Below, one piece after another: positions 27,500 through 40,250 of a stretch of DNA of 59,727 nt. The notes below the pieces were generated by a model. That model had not been told where the DNA came from, did not search any database, and saw nothing but the letters and a program-made list of their open reading frames with translations. Source of the DNA: Octopus sinensis (lineage: Eukaryota); contig NW_021832589.1 of NCBI RefSeq assembly GCF_006345805.1, positions 1 through 59,727 of the forward strand, given 5' to 3'. The position numbers and the translations under genes are program-made. The first letter of the stretch is position 1; each line of letters starts with the position of its first letter.

Positions 27500-27830
27500 A
27501 ATAATTTGGCACTCCGTCAGTTGCGACGACGACTCTTCCAGTCGATCCGATCGACGGAACATCCTTCTCGTCGAATTAACGTGCAAGTGGCGGAGTACTC
27601 CACAGACATGCATGCCTTTAATGTAGTTCTTAGGAAGATCGAGTGCGACACAGAATGTCATAAAGCTGGTCCCTTAGAATTACTGATACAACTTATTTTT
27701 GCCAGCTGAGTGGACTGGAACGACGTGAAATAAAGTGTCTTGCTCAAGGACACAACTCAACGCCGAGAATCGAACTCGCAACCTGACAGTTCATGAGCCA
27801 AATACCCTAACCACTAAGCCACGCGCCTTC
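27500..27830 (-). mobile_element. tRNA-derived SINE family C
   Basis: Head complement CTAACCACTAAGCCACGCGCCTT and block CAGCTGAGTGGACTGGA..ACGTGAAATAAAGTGTCTTGCTCAAGGACACAAC, shared with 34013 and 48053. Confidence 0.85.
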
Positions 27831-28057
27831 AGACTTTTAATATGAAGAATAACAACAGCAGCAATCAAAATGACACCTATAAAATAATATAAATTAATAT
27901 AGCAACAATAACAACACATATAAAAACAACAACAACAACAACAACAACAATAATAATAATAATAATAATAACAGCAACAACAACAATTCGAACCCGTAAC
28001 AGCTATCATAACGACCGCAACCACAAGAAGTCGCTGCAAAACTAAATTCCCTAACGT

Positions 28058-28260
28058 TCGTTTCAAATGTGGCCAGCAATTTCAGGAGAGGGGTAAGTTG
28101 ATTATATCATCCCCAATATACAACTGGTACTCATTTTATCGATCCAGAAAGATGAAAGTTAAAGTCTACCTCGGTGGAATTTGAACTGAGAACGTAAAGA
28201 CGGACGAAAAGCCGCTAAGCATTTCGCCCAGTGTGCTAACGATTCGGCCAGCTCACCACC
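28058..28260 (-). mobile_element. SINE family B
   Basis: Reverse-complement match to other family B copies. Confidence 0.88.
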
Positions 28261-28432
28261 CTAACAGACTAGAAGCCAGCACCACACCGCCAACACTATG
28301 CTGCGCCACACTACACCACTTAAACAATACATCACAGAAATTCTGCCTACATTACACCACCACCACCACAGAATCCCCGAAACAGATCACCACCACCGCC
28401 GCCGCCACCACAGATTCTATGTAAGTTCCAAC

Positions 28433-28826
28433 GTGGCTGTGTGGTAAGTAGCTTGTTTACCAACCACATGGTTCCGGGTTCAGTCCCACTGCGTGGCACC
28501 TTGGGCAAGTGTCTTCTACTATAGCCTCGGGCCGACCAATGCCTTGTGAGTGGATTTGGTAGACGGAAACTGAAAGAAGCCTGTCGTATATATGTATATA
28601 TATGCGTGTGTGTGTTTGTGTGTCTGTGTTTGTCCCCCTAGCATTGCTTGACAACCGATGCTGGTGTGTTTATGTCCCCGTTACTTAGCGGTTCTGCAAA
28701 AGAGACCGATAGAATAAGTACTGGGCTTACAAAAGAATAAGTCCCGGTGTCGAGTTGCTCGATTAAAGGTGGTGCTCCAGCATGGCCGCAGTCAAATGAC
28801 TGAAACAAGTAAAAGAGTAAAGAGTA
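28433..28826 (+). mobile_element. SINE family A, full length
   Basis: Box A TGGCTGTGTGG, box B GGTTCAGTCCC, CORE-like CACCTTGGGCAAGTGTCTT, LINE-like tail. Confidence 0.95.
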
Positions 28827-29153
28827 CCCTCATTTCACAACACTTACACGTGAACACCCATACGGGTGATGTGATTCAGTAACGCAGCACAAAGATCAAA
28901 CGTGCAAATATGGTTTCTTCTAAATTATTGCTGTTGTTGTTGTTGTTGTTGTTTGACAGTTAACATGAAACATTAATCCACTAACAACGCAATTGTCTCT
29001 AATATTCAACTTAATATAATGCCTAAAGCAACTTGTTTCCGATCGACGGACTAATGAGACGCCGTGGGTAACCTTAAAAAACATATTTTGTTCTTTTGTA
29101 TGCTTGCATGTATGCATGAGTGTATGTATGTGTGTTAGTGAAAGCACGCGAGT

Positions 29154-29397
29154 GTGCATCTGTGTGTGCATCTGTGTGTGTGTGTGTGTGTTCATCTGTG
29201 TGTGTGTGTGTGTGTGCATCTGTGTGTGTGTGTGTGCATCTGTGTGTGTGTGGTGTGTGTGTGTGTGTGCATCTGTGTGTGTGTGTGTGGTGTGTGTGCA
29301 TCTGTGTGTGTGTGTGTGTGTGTGTGTGCATCTGTGTGTGTGTGTGTCTGCATCTGTGTGTGTGTGTGTGTGCATCTGTGTGTGTGTGTGTGTGTGT
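29154..29397. repeat. GCATC(TG)n compound minisatellite
   Basis: Directly visible. Confidence 0.9.
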
Positions 29398-30580
29398 TCC
29401 TAGTGAATTGTATGTAGTGTTCAGAGGAATTAACGCTTAATCTCTTCGCTCATCTCGGTCCACCTGGGCCACACAGGATTCTATACGTGCAGCAATGTTA
29501 AAAGAGCATGAGAAAAAGACACATAAGAGCAGGTGTGTGTGTGCACATATCTATCTATCTATCTATCTATCTATATCTGTCTGTCTGTCTGTACATATAC
29601 TTACAAATGTATATATACTAATAGATGCACACACACATATATATAGAGACTTATACACACATATATATATATATATATACTTATACACATATATATGTAC
29701 GTACTTACACACACACACAATATATGCATATATATATATATATATATGTACCTACACACACATATGCAGACATAGGTATACATAAGCAAAAATGAATCCG
29801 ACGCTCTAACCACTGAGCCATGCGCCTTCAGATAAAACTAGGATTTACATATATATGTACACTTGTGTACACACACACGCGCGCGCATACACACACACAC
29901 ACACACACAAACGCACATGATGATGGCTGTCCACTCGTGATCATGTAAGACCATTACTGGCCTTTGTCCATGCAACATGCCAGCAATGTCCATGCATGAG
30001 CTTAATGTACCAGTGGTTGTCTCCAGTCGGGTTCGCGTCCTTGACGCCATCCTACTCGACCGGGCATTGAATAGTTGCCTCGCCAGCGGTTGCACAACCT
30101 GAAATTTTAGGTCCAATAAGACTTGCACAGCACCTCAGAGACCCTTTCCAATCTGCTAATATGATCCAGATATAAGCCAGAGCAACATATTCAGTGCCAA
30201 TAAGAGTCGTAAGCTCAAGAGTGTAGGGGCACCATGATCTCAAGCGCAAGCGAAGGATCCCCAAAGTGTCCCTTGCCATTCTCTGCGACCTACTGCTTTA
30301 ACAAAAGTTAAGGGTCGCCTCACTCATGCCGGTCTTCCAGCAGGCCGGACACCCATTCGGAATTTCTGCAAGATGCGTGCTATTGCTAGAGTCTTCTAAC
30401 CTATTGGTCTCTTGTGAAGTTTCTCATGAGTGCTGCTGGTGACATGGAATCCAGTACAACCTGTTGCAAAGTCGGGTCATCGACGACTAAACCAGTGACC
30501 CCACCAATCTAGCCTGGTGAGGAGGGGCGCGAGAAACCTAGCAGGATCAAAAACAAGATATATATATACATACACGCATA

Positions 30581-30680
<100 letters not shown>

Positions 30681-30793
30681 ACTTGGAGGATAAGAAGCGA
30701 CGCGAGGCGTTCAGTCATATAATAACAATTTAACAAATAAAACATATGCATACATACATATATATATGTACATACCTACATCTATATGTATAT

Positions 30794-30840
<47 letters not shown>

Positions 30841-30888
30841 TGTATGTATATATATATATGCGTGTATGTATATATATATATATGCGTG

Positions 30889-30922
<34 letters not shown>

Positions 30923-30926
<4 letters not shown>

Positions 30927-31245
30927 TACAGGACACCACAAATAAACGTAGAACCAACGAGAAACGAAAACATAAAAACAAACAAGGAAACGGACTTTTT
31001 TTAACAACAAAAAAACAGAGTACAAGACAAACAATACAAGGAATATTCCCCTTCATCAGCTGCCTCTGGTTCGACTCAATGCGTGTTTCGAAGGTAAGGT
31101 CAGAACACGATCCGGCCGAAGCAATCCTTCCTGCAAAATGAATTAAATAAAATTCTTTTGCAGAGGGGTAAAAAAAGAAAAAGAACAAAACGTAAAAGCA
31201 ATACAAATAAAAAACAGTACACATAAAGAATAAAAACAGGACAAC
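30923..31245 (-). mobile_element. PLE-terminus-like fragment with permuted HHR-like motif
   Basis: End GTACAGGAC shared with 53671; CGAAAC...CTGATGAAGGGG at 31048-31094; microsatellite flanks. Confidence 0.5.
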
Positions 31246-31249
31246 ATGC

Positions 31250-31286
<37 letters not shown>

Positions 31287-32349
31287 AGCGTACATACATA
31301 TGAATTTTAGTCCTTACGATGGTTTCCATATTATTTTTAATCGACAGAAGTTATAAAGTGATTGAATGACAGAATGTTGTGTATGCACGACACTCTCGGC
31401 CCTTGAGTCACTTTGTGGATCGTGTTCCTTGACTTCTATTTCTCCTGTTTTTGCTACGAAGCCTATCTATCATTAGATGGACGTTTGTGCTGATAACAGA
31501 TCAGAGCAACAGAACCCAGCACAAGAAATCACTGTTTACAATTTATTTCTTTTTTCGTTTTGCAGCGGAAACATCACAAATTATAACTGCGAGTTTCATG
31601 TTTCTCGTTTTGAATTATATGTGTGCACATATATGTGTGTGTTTGTGAGTGTGTATGCATACACACCTACACACACACACATGTATATAGATACATAGAT
31701 ACATACATATACATACACACACACACACACATATATATATAATATATATATATATATCTATATATATATATATATATATATATATCATATATATATATAT
31801 ACATAAATACATATATGTGTGTCTGTGTTTGTGTGTGTGAGTGTATGTATGAATGTGTGTGTGTGTGTGTGCGTGTGTTTGTGGCCATCCATAAAGTCTC
31901 CAATTTCTACAAATGGTCACGTGAGTTGCCAGCTGGACTTTCATCTCATTAGTTTCAGTAAACAGTTTTGATGATGTTATCTGCTTCATTTTGGAGCCAG
32001 TGAACTGTGGAGACTCTGGTTCAATATCTGATGGGAACACAATCTGTGTCTTGATTTGGGGTGGGAAGGGAGGCCTTATTCGTTCCATTTTCTATTTAGA
32101 ATTATGTCGCCTATGACACACACATATACGCACACATACAGGCACGTGCACACATACATACACATGCACTCACACTTGCACGCTCACACACAATATACAT
32201 ATATGTGTGTGTGTGTATGTGTGTATATATATATATATATTTGTACACATACATATGCGTATACATGTATATATATATGTGTGTTTGTATACATCTGCTA
32301 GTGAATATTATATAAAGAGATAGATATATGTACATACATGTATACAAAT

Positions 32350-32398
<49 letters not shown>

Positions 32399-32470
32399 AT
32401 ATATTATATATATATAACCTACATACACAAATTTAAAACAATGTTTTTGCACGTGTGTGAGTGTGTGAGT

Positions 32471-32505
<35 letters not shown>

Positions 32506-32964
32506 GTGTGTGTGTGTGTGAATGTGTGTCTTTCTATGTTACCAGCAACGTCGAACAATTTAACACACCATAATCTCCATTCCCAGTATCAACACATATT
32601 TATTCCACCACGATGAGCGCCATCGTCACCGCAGCTGCCATGCACCGTAACCATGATGCAACTACCGTATCTCCGTAGCTGGCGCGCATTTAGCTTTGAT
32701 CTTACCACCACCACTGAAATGATTATAGAAAGGAAACGTCAGTAGTACTGACAGTGTCAACTGTAGCATAGTATAGGTAGTTGTAGTGAGGGTGATGCTG
32801 GGCAAGTGTATTCGGCAAAGGCGTGTCAAGAGTGGTGGCGGTCGAGAGTAGCGTTTAACGAATAAAGGTTACTCGATCATTCTTCCAGCTTATATCTTGA
32901 ATTTTGATTCTAATAAGCTGATGATTTTTTAATTAATTTAAAATAAAGTATTGGAAACCAATTA

Positions 32965-33145
32965 ATTTTGCAGTTTTGAGGGGAGGGGCGTAAGTCGATT
33001 GTATCGACCCTGACTGGTACATTTTTAAAAATCTACTCCGAAAGGTTAAAAGGCAAAGGCGATTCGTTCGACTAAAATTCTTCAAGGCGGTGCCCCAGCA
33101 TGGTCGCAATCTAGTGACTGAAACAAACAAAAGATAAAAGATAGA
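32965..33145. mobile_element. SINE B fragment (-) joined to SINE A 3' tail (+)
   Basis: GTCGATTGTATCGACCC..CTGGTAC, then GGTGCCCCAGCATGGTCGCAATCTAGTGACTGAAAC. Confidence 0.7.
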
Positions 33146-34009
33146 AGATACGGACGGATGGACGTGAAACATGATATACGTGTGTGTGTTTGTTTATACA
33201 TGTGTGTGTATGAATGTGTGGGGGGGGGGGAGTGCGTGGCTTTCTCTGTATTTACCTGACGATATCGATCAATCAATGAGTATTGACAACGGACACTGTT
33301 GTGGATTATAGTATTTAATTAACATTTCATTAATTTATCCGTTAATACGCACGTTGATTAATTAAATCCAATCTCTGTAATTTACTTTATCCATTTTGAC
33401 ATCTAGCTGAGTGAACATGTAATATGGATGGGGGCGGGGTAATCACAGTAGCACAAACATTTCAATAGCACTAACGGTTCTTTGTTAATTAACAGATAAC
33501 AGGATATGGGCTGGTGATGTTGTTTAGACCCCGCTACATGGACCGGTGCTAAGGAGGGTGGACTCGTGATCATAATGTCGTGGGTTCTGTTCCTGGTGTG
33601 GCTTTTTGCTTTTCAGCAAGGAACTTCTTTTATGTTGCTCCATTTGAGTGAAGCGAAAATCAGTACAAGTTGTAAAAGCTGGGAGTTAACAATACGATGG
33701 GCCAGCGTTTCGTCCAGGAACAAATCTTGTATTCTCAGGGCATTAAACCTTAGAAATTGAGAGCAATGCCGGCCGGCCTAAAGTGTCTGAGGTTTTGAGA
33801 CAGATTCTAGTAATTTATAAAATGTTAAAGTCAGTCCTCTTTCAGTAGACCTGTTGAGACTATTGTCTTTTATTTGGGCACTGTGTATCTTGGAATACAT
33901 TATCTTATGTGTCCTTCATTATCGTTGTTATTGGTTAGCCCCGGATCTGCCCTGGTCCAAAAAAAAAAACAGTGATCAATGACATGCTAGTAGTAACCAG
34001 TCACTATTT

Positions 34010-34131
34010 TGGCCAGCTGAGTGGACTGGAGCAACGTGAAATAAAGAGTCTTGCTCAAGGACATAATGCACCGCCGGGAACCGAACTCTTATTTCTGATC
34101 CGAATGACCTAACCACTAAGCCACCCGCCTT
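34010..34131 (-). mobile_element. SINE family C head/core fragment
   Basis: Matches 27702-27830. Confidence 0.8.
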
Positions 34132-34875
34132 CTCATATTCTGCTGAAGTATATTATGCGCGCACACACACACACACACACATTTAAATACACATTTAAAT
34201 ACATGCACACAAATAGACGCATACAAATACACACATTTCCTTTCTCTTCCCCCTCTTTCCTTCTCTTCTACTCTCCTCTATACTTTCTCTCTCCCCCTCG
34301 ATCTCTCTCCTTTTCCCCCTGTCTTTCATTCCACCCTTATTTGCACGCTCCTTCTTAACTCACGTCTTAACCGCAATCCAAACCACAACTTAACTCCACA
34401 TATGTACCCGTATCTCAGCATAACATACCCGTGATTCACCCTAAACCAAAGCTAATGCAACATTAAAATTTCGGCCAGTCACACCCTAAGCCAAACCCTA
34501 ACCCTATTCCTCCCCGACACACCCGTATCAGGCCTTTACGACAGACATAATCTCCAACAAAAAAAACCACACACCCTTAACCAACGCTAACCCAACCGTA
34601 ACACCTCAAATAATAACGGAAGTTAATCAACTGTATCAACCACCCCATAACTAGAACTTTAACCCTAACTTTAACCAATGCATCTACCCGCATCATACAC
34701 TTAGCTTAACCATAACTGTATACCCCAAAGACGATATTCTCAGTTACTGCGCCTGGACACCTTTCTGTGTTGCTTAAGATCCTCATATGTGCCGCGAGAA
34801 TTATTGTTGTTGTTGTTGTTGTTGCTGTTGTTGCTGTTGTTGCTGTTGTTGCTGTTGTTATTGTTGTTGTTGTTA

Positions 34876-34924
<49 letters not shown>

Positions 34925-35092
34925 GTAAGTCAGAAAATGTCAGATTAAAAGAAACATGAATGTCTTTAATATTTCTCATGTTGCGTGTGTATTCCTTCCT
35001 TTGGCGCAAAGTGCAATGCCCTCAACTGAATCTTTTTTTTCCCCATTTTCTTGCAGGAAAGAAATAATCCTTGTTTTTCATCTATGTTAAAG

Positions 35093-35595
35093 TAGTGAGC
35101 TGGCAGAATAGTTAGTGCGTCGGACAAAATGCTTAGCGACATTTCATATCTTCCACCAAGATCTACTTACCCTTTCATACTCGATAAAATACAGTAAAAT
35201 ACTGGTGTCGATATAATCAACTTAAACCGTCTTTTAAAAATTGCTAGCTTTGTGCAAAACAGAAAAACTACAACAACAAAAAAAGAAAAAGTATATGAAC
35301 ATGTCTTGTCTTGGCCCCTCGCCGATCGGTTACGAGGTGTGTCTGGGATATTTTTAGACTTGAAGTCAATCCCTCTCCTAAGGGAAGAAGGCCTACGCCA
35401 GAAAGAAGAGCTCTAGAAAGGCAAATTGGATGGCAAAAATCAACCTCGACCGTAGGATGAGTATTATATTTATCGACCCCAAAAAAAATGAAAAGCAAAG
35501 TTGACCTCGGTGGGATTTGAACTCAGAGGGGAGGGAGCCGGGACGATTATCACAAAGCAATCTACCCGATGCGCTAACCATTCGGGCAACTGGCT
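35093..35595. mobile_element. Two oppositely oriented decayed SINE B copies (35093-35255 +, 35420-35595 -)
   Basis: GAGCTGGCAGAA..AAATGCTTAGCG and TTTATCGACCCC..TTTGAACTCAGA. Confidence 0.7.
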
Positions 35596-35861
35596 ATTCT
35601 CTTTGCAACACACACACACACACACACACACACCACACACACAACGAATATTATGTAAATTGAAAATTCCTAATTAGTAATTTGAGTTGGTAATTAACAT
35701 CTCATTACCTCTAATGTCCCTGCCAATTCTATGAACAATGCCGGTCCCTCCTTCCCCACTGGCCCACAATCAGGTTAAGCCAAGGACGAATCTGACTTCA
35801 TAGAAAATATATCTCAACACTTGCATTGTATATATTCATTACATTCTTGTTCTTTTATTCA

Positions 35862-36261
35862 TTCACTTGTTTCAGTCATTTGACGGCAACCATGCTGGAG
35901 CACCGCCTCTAGTCGAACAAATCTACTCCAGGACCTATTTTTTGTAAACCTAGTACTTATTCTATTGGTCTCTTTTGCCGAACCGCTAAGCTATGGAGAC
36001 GTAAGCACACTAACATCGGTTGTCATGCGATGGTGGGGTGGAGGGACAAACACAGATACACAAACATATTTATGCATATATATATATACATACACACACA
36101 CACACACACAACGGGCTTCTTTCAGTTTCCGTCTACCAAATCCACTCACAAGGCTTTTGTCGGCCCAAGGCTATAGTAGAAGACACTTGCCCAAAGTGCC
36201 ACACAGTGGGACTGAACCCGGAACCATGTGTTTGGGAAGCAAGCTTCTTACGACACAACCA
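35862..36261 (-). mobile_element. SINE family A, full length
   Basis: Matches other A copies; the head starts right after the tRNA terminator. Confidence 0.92.
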
Positions 36262-36262
36262 T

Positions 36263-36267
36263 AAAAA
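36263..36267 (-). terminator. Pol III terminator (T5) of the tRNA-Met gene
   Basis: TTTTT 4 nt downstream of the discriminator base. Confidence 0.7.
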
Positions 36268-36271
36268 GTGC

Positions 36272-36364
36272 TGCCCCGGGTGAGGATTGAACTCACGACC
36301 TTCAGATGGCTCTAAGTTTCCTTTGATTATGAGACTAACGCGCTGCCTACTGCGCTACCGGGGT
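36272..36364 (-). tRNA. Elongator tRNA-Met(CAT) with 20-nt intron (36308-36327); A1:C72 mismatch
   Basis: ACCCCGG TA GCGC AGTAGGCA GCGC G TTAGT CTCATA [ATCAAAGGAAACTTAGAGCC] A TCTGA AGGTC GTGAG TTCAATC CTCAC CCGGGGC A; exons closely match the known metazoan elongator tRNA-Met. Confidence 0.92.
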
Positions 36365-36384
36365 GCTGATATATATATATAATT

Positions 36385-36595
36385 TTTAAACAAGAAATGT
36401 TGTTGTCAGTGACTTCGAAGTTTTGGCCAGCTAAGCCATCGTCCGATGATGGCTTAAGAGGCCGAAACTTCGATTTCCCTATCAAGAACATTCTTGTTTA
36501 AGAATAATAAATTTGTATTCTACAAAAGTATAGAGTAAACCATCAGAGTAATGCGAAAGTGCTTTTATTATAACTGAAAATAAAATAAACATTAA
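36385..36595. mobile_element. Fold-back element folding at the HHR core
   Basis: Palindrome 36385-36502. Plus strand: CCGATGA TGGCTTAAGAGGCC GAAAC TTCGA. Minus strand: GACGA TGGCTTAGCTGGCC AAAAC TTCGAA GTC. Confidence 0.7.
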
Positions 36596-37765
36596 TGTGT
36601 GTGTGTGGGGGGGTTGCTTTAGTAAAATTCTTATCAACGCGGTTAGTGTGCCGCAACACGTTTCAGTGCCTAATTAGATGTGCCGCAGGCTGGTTAAGAA
36701 AGCTTGGAAAATCTGTCTCCCAGAGCGACACCCAGAGTGTTGCTCCTTTAAATATCCCTTAACCACAATTTAACAACGTCTTGACCAGAAACTAACCCCT
36801 TTCTGCCTTGACTACATCTTAACCCTAACCCTGACCCTAACCCCTTTCACAGGAACTTCGTCGCATCTTGCCATCCACGTTCTCTGATTTGAAATCCTCT
36901 CTTTACTCCTTAACCCTAACGCCTAAACATTTTCTGTGGCCCTTAACCCCTTTCTTGTTTCCAACACAAAATGTGGGTGGGGCGGCGGTGGTGGTGGTGG
37001 TCTGGGGATGGTTGTCACTGTGGCGATAATAATGATGGTAGTGCTAACGGTGATGATGATGGAAGAGGTAGTGGTGATGGTGGTGGTGTTAATGGCGATG
37101 GTACTGATAAGAGAGGTGATGGCTATGGTAGTAGTGGTAGTGGTAGATGTGGTAGTGCTAAGATGCTGGTGATAGTAGTGGCGGCGGCAGGGTGGTAGGG
37201 GTGGTGAGGTTGACAGAAAGGTCCATTGTTGTGAGAAACTAATTATGTGATCCTGACCACAACGAGAATTGAATCAACCATGTCAAAAGTGGTAACGTTT
37301 GCCCACAATGGTTCCGCTCCAGTGACTGACGGCAGCTTCCCCTCTTTCTTCCTCCCGCTTCTCCTCTCTTCTTCACCTCTCCCTGATGATGAAAGGAGAC
37401 GTGTGGGTGCTTAGAGGGAGGGACGAGCTTTGAGAGGAACACAGTGTCATGGGTGGGCGGAGGGTTGTTGTTGTTGGAGGAGGAGGGGTGGAGTATTGTT
37501 TGCGGCGCTCATCTTCCACGAACTTCACATATACACACACCCTCATATATCCATATGTCCATATGGGTAATGTTCATGCATGTGCGTATATATACATACA
37601 TGCATACATACAAATATATGTACACATACATATATGCATACATACATACATACATACGTATATATATATATATATATTATATATATATATATATATACAT
37701 TGTATACGACGTAATGCAGGTACACACACACGTATATATATATATATGAATATATGCATATATGT

Positions 37766-37796
<31 letters not shown>

Positions 37797-37900
37797 TATA
37801 TATATAATATATATGTGTGTGTGTGTGTGTTGTATGTATATATACCAACAGATGTATATCTTTCTCTCTCTATATATCTCTCTATCTCTCTCTCGCTCTC

Positions 37901-37944
<44 letters not shown>

Positions 37945-38085
37945 TGGATAATATATACAGTTATATTATGAGAATTAAGTGTATTTATGCAAAATATATA
38001 TATTTATAGACATACATTTATTCTTATGAAACATATTGTATTTATATACCATAATGCATCACACATACAACTTCACACATATATA

Positions 38086-38119
<34 letters not shown>

Positions 38120-38643
38120 CTACACTCCATATATACCCAGATACACATTATCTCATGCTTTCGTCAATGCACCCCTATGATTCTCCCCAGTTATTCTCTC
38201 TCATACTATCTCTCTCTCTTCTCTCTCTCTCCTCTCTCTCTCTCTCCCTCCTCGTCTCCCTTTGACACATTACTGACAAACGAGGTAGTAATTCCATGTG
38301 AGCCCATTAACGGATGCCTTCTATCTCCGGGTGTGATCCCACAATGACCAGACCCCTATCAGTAAATAAACGGTTATTAGGTTCAAACTGATACGGCACG
38401 TGCGGAACTTCTCAGAAACTGACGACCAACACCCCACCCCACTCCCCATCCCTCCGATCCCCCCGTTCCTTCCTGCCCCTCCCCCTCACCGAAGGTTGAT
38501 ACCCGACGCCTCACTTCATCTCGTTTATCCGTGTGTCTATCGTTATGTTTTGAACAGGACAAACAACAAACGCATTTGCGCGTGTATCCGGTTTATGTAC
38601 ATAGCATATCTTTATGTGTGCGCGTGCGTTTGAGTGAGTGTAC

Positions 38644-38699
<56 letters not shown>

Positions 38700-38702
<3 letters not shown>

Positions 38703-38860
38703 ACTGAGTGGTTAAGGAGATCGCTTTGCAATCACGTGGTTTCCGGCTCAGACCCACTGCGCGTCACCTTGAGCAAATGTCTTCTAATGTAACTTCGGAT
38801 CATCCAATTCCTTGCCAGTGAATTTGATAGACGGAAACTGTGTGGAGGTTCGTCGTGTGT
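38700..38860 (+). mobile_element. Decayed SINE A head/core
   Basis: GACTGAGTGGTTAAG...CCCACTGCGCGTCACCTTGAGCAAATGTCTTCTA...TAGACGGAAACTG. Confidence 0.75.
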
Positions 38861-39014
38861 GTGTGTGTGTCTCTATGGTTTTTCACCCCAACGATTGGCA
38901 GCCAATGAATCGAATACGTTATGAAGATAAATCATCGAAAGATGTCAATGTTGGAGCGAGATTTGAACTCAGACGTTACGAGGTTGAGGTAAATAATGCG
39001 AGGTATTACATGTA

Positions 39015-40019
39015 AGACGTTTCTTATTTAATACATTTCTCATTTTAATTCAGTGTACATTTAATAATGTGTGCATTTCATGAGTTGCTCATTTAACACG
39101 CGACACATATGTTCGAAAGAAATTCCTGTCAAATTTCAAGAGTGGTGGTGGGGGGGGGGGAGCAAAACCAAATACTTCTTTGGTCTTAATTGATATATCT
39201 AATCAAGAGACTATTTTACCCTGATTATAACATAATCCCATCTATTTGGCAAAGTGTTGGTTCTTCAGGAGTAAAATTCTGCAGGTTTCGAAGTCAAGAA
39301 ACACTCAATGTCATTTTAAAATCTAATATATTGTTTACCTCCATGATAAACGATATCCTTAATATCCAACAAAACACAGAATAATGTTTTTAGGGTGAAA
39401 TCCTCCTATGTGGTGATACGGATTCTCCTTTTTCATTGGGCGCTAACCATTGTCGTTTCGTTGGATATAATTACAGAGAGCCAACTTTTCATCACCTCTG
39501 ATAACTCTCCCCAATTAATGAGAGACAGAGGATAACTCTTTGATAAAGCTTAGAAGCAGTCAAATAATGTGGAACCAAACTTAAATACTTTTCCTTGTTC
39601 ACTTGAAGTGAATTGTTTTGCCAATTCTCGTGCAGTTTGCTTTGTAATTTCCTCAACTATGGTTTTCAGAAACACAATATTGATAGAATTTGGTCATTCA
39701 AATCGAGGGGAATCTGCAAGAAAAAAAGAAAAAAATGCCAAACCATTGCTGGCATGTCCAAACATTTAAACCTTCATTTCCATAGACAGAACGAATACTT
39801 GTAGCAGTTCCCATTGCTGGAGAATCTTTAAATCCATCAAACATGCAGTGTCTGATATAGGTTTAGTCTAAACGTCTTCTAAGAGGTTAAAATCACCCTG
39901 AATTAACTACTGTAGTATAAAGTGACCAGCAGAGAAAGAAGCAAAACTAGAATGTTTATTTTATTGTAAGAATTGAAAAAGGGATCCTCCAGGTGACAGG
40001 ACTTTCTTTACCAGTCGGA
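39015..40019 (-). mobile_element. Decayed mariner DNA transposon
   Basis: Minus strand: TARELAKQF, GKVFKFG, RVIRGDEK (GDEKW motif), FHPK (HPKK motif), IVYH; many stops and frameshifts. Confidence 0.75.
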
Positions 40020-40036
40020 TATGACTTTGTCCATTA

Positions 40037-40250
40037 AGGCAATGGGCTGGCAGAATTATTAGCACGCCGGGAACAATACAAAGCGGCATTTCGTTTGTCT
40101 CTTTACGTTCTGGGATCAAATCCCAACGAGATTGACTTTGCCTTTCATCTTTTTAGGATCGATAAAATTAATATCAGTTGAGTAGTGGGGTCGATGGAAT
40201 CGAATTATCTCCTCCTCTAAATTGCTAGCATTGTTCCAAAATTTGAAACC
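40037..40250 (+). mobile_element. SINE family B
   Basis: AAGGCAATGGGCTGGCAGAA...GACTTTGCCTTTCATC...GATCGATAAAAT. Confidence 0.85.

Noticed and set aside
27374-27709. 111-aa ORF
   Set aside because: Composed of (AAC)n plus SINE C body.
28433-28500. SINE heads as tRNA genes
   Set aside because: A/B boxes are present but there is no full cloverleaf, and they continue into SINE bodies.
29917-30545. Possible retrotransposon 3' fragment ending in (ATC)n
   Set aside because: No convincing protein motif; family not assignable.
38281-38300. GAGGTAGTA let-7-like seed
   Set aside because: The rest of the mature sequence and the hairpin are absent.
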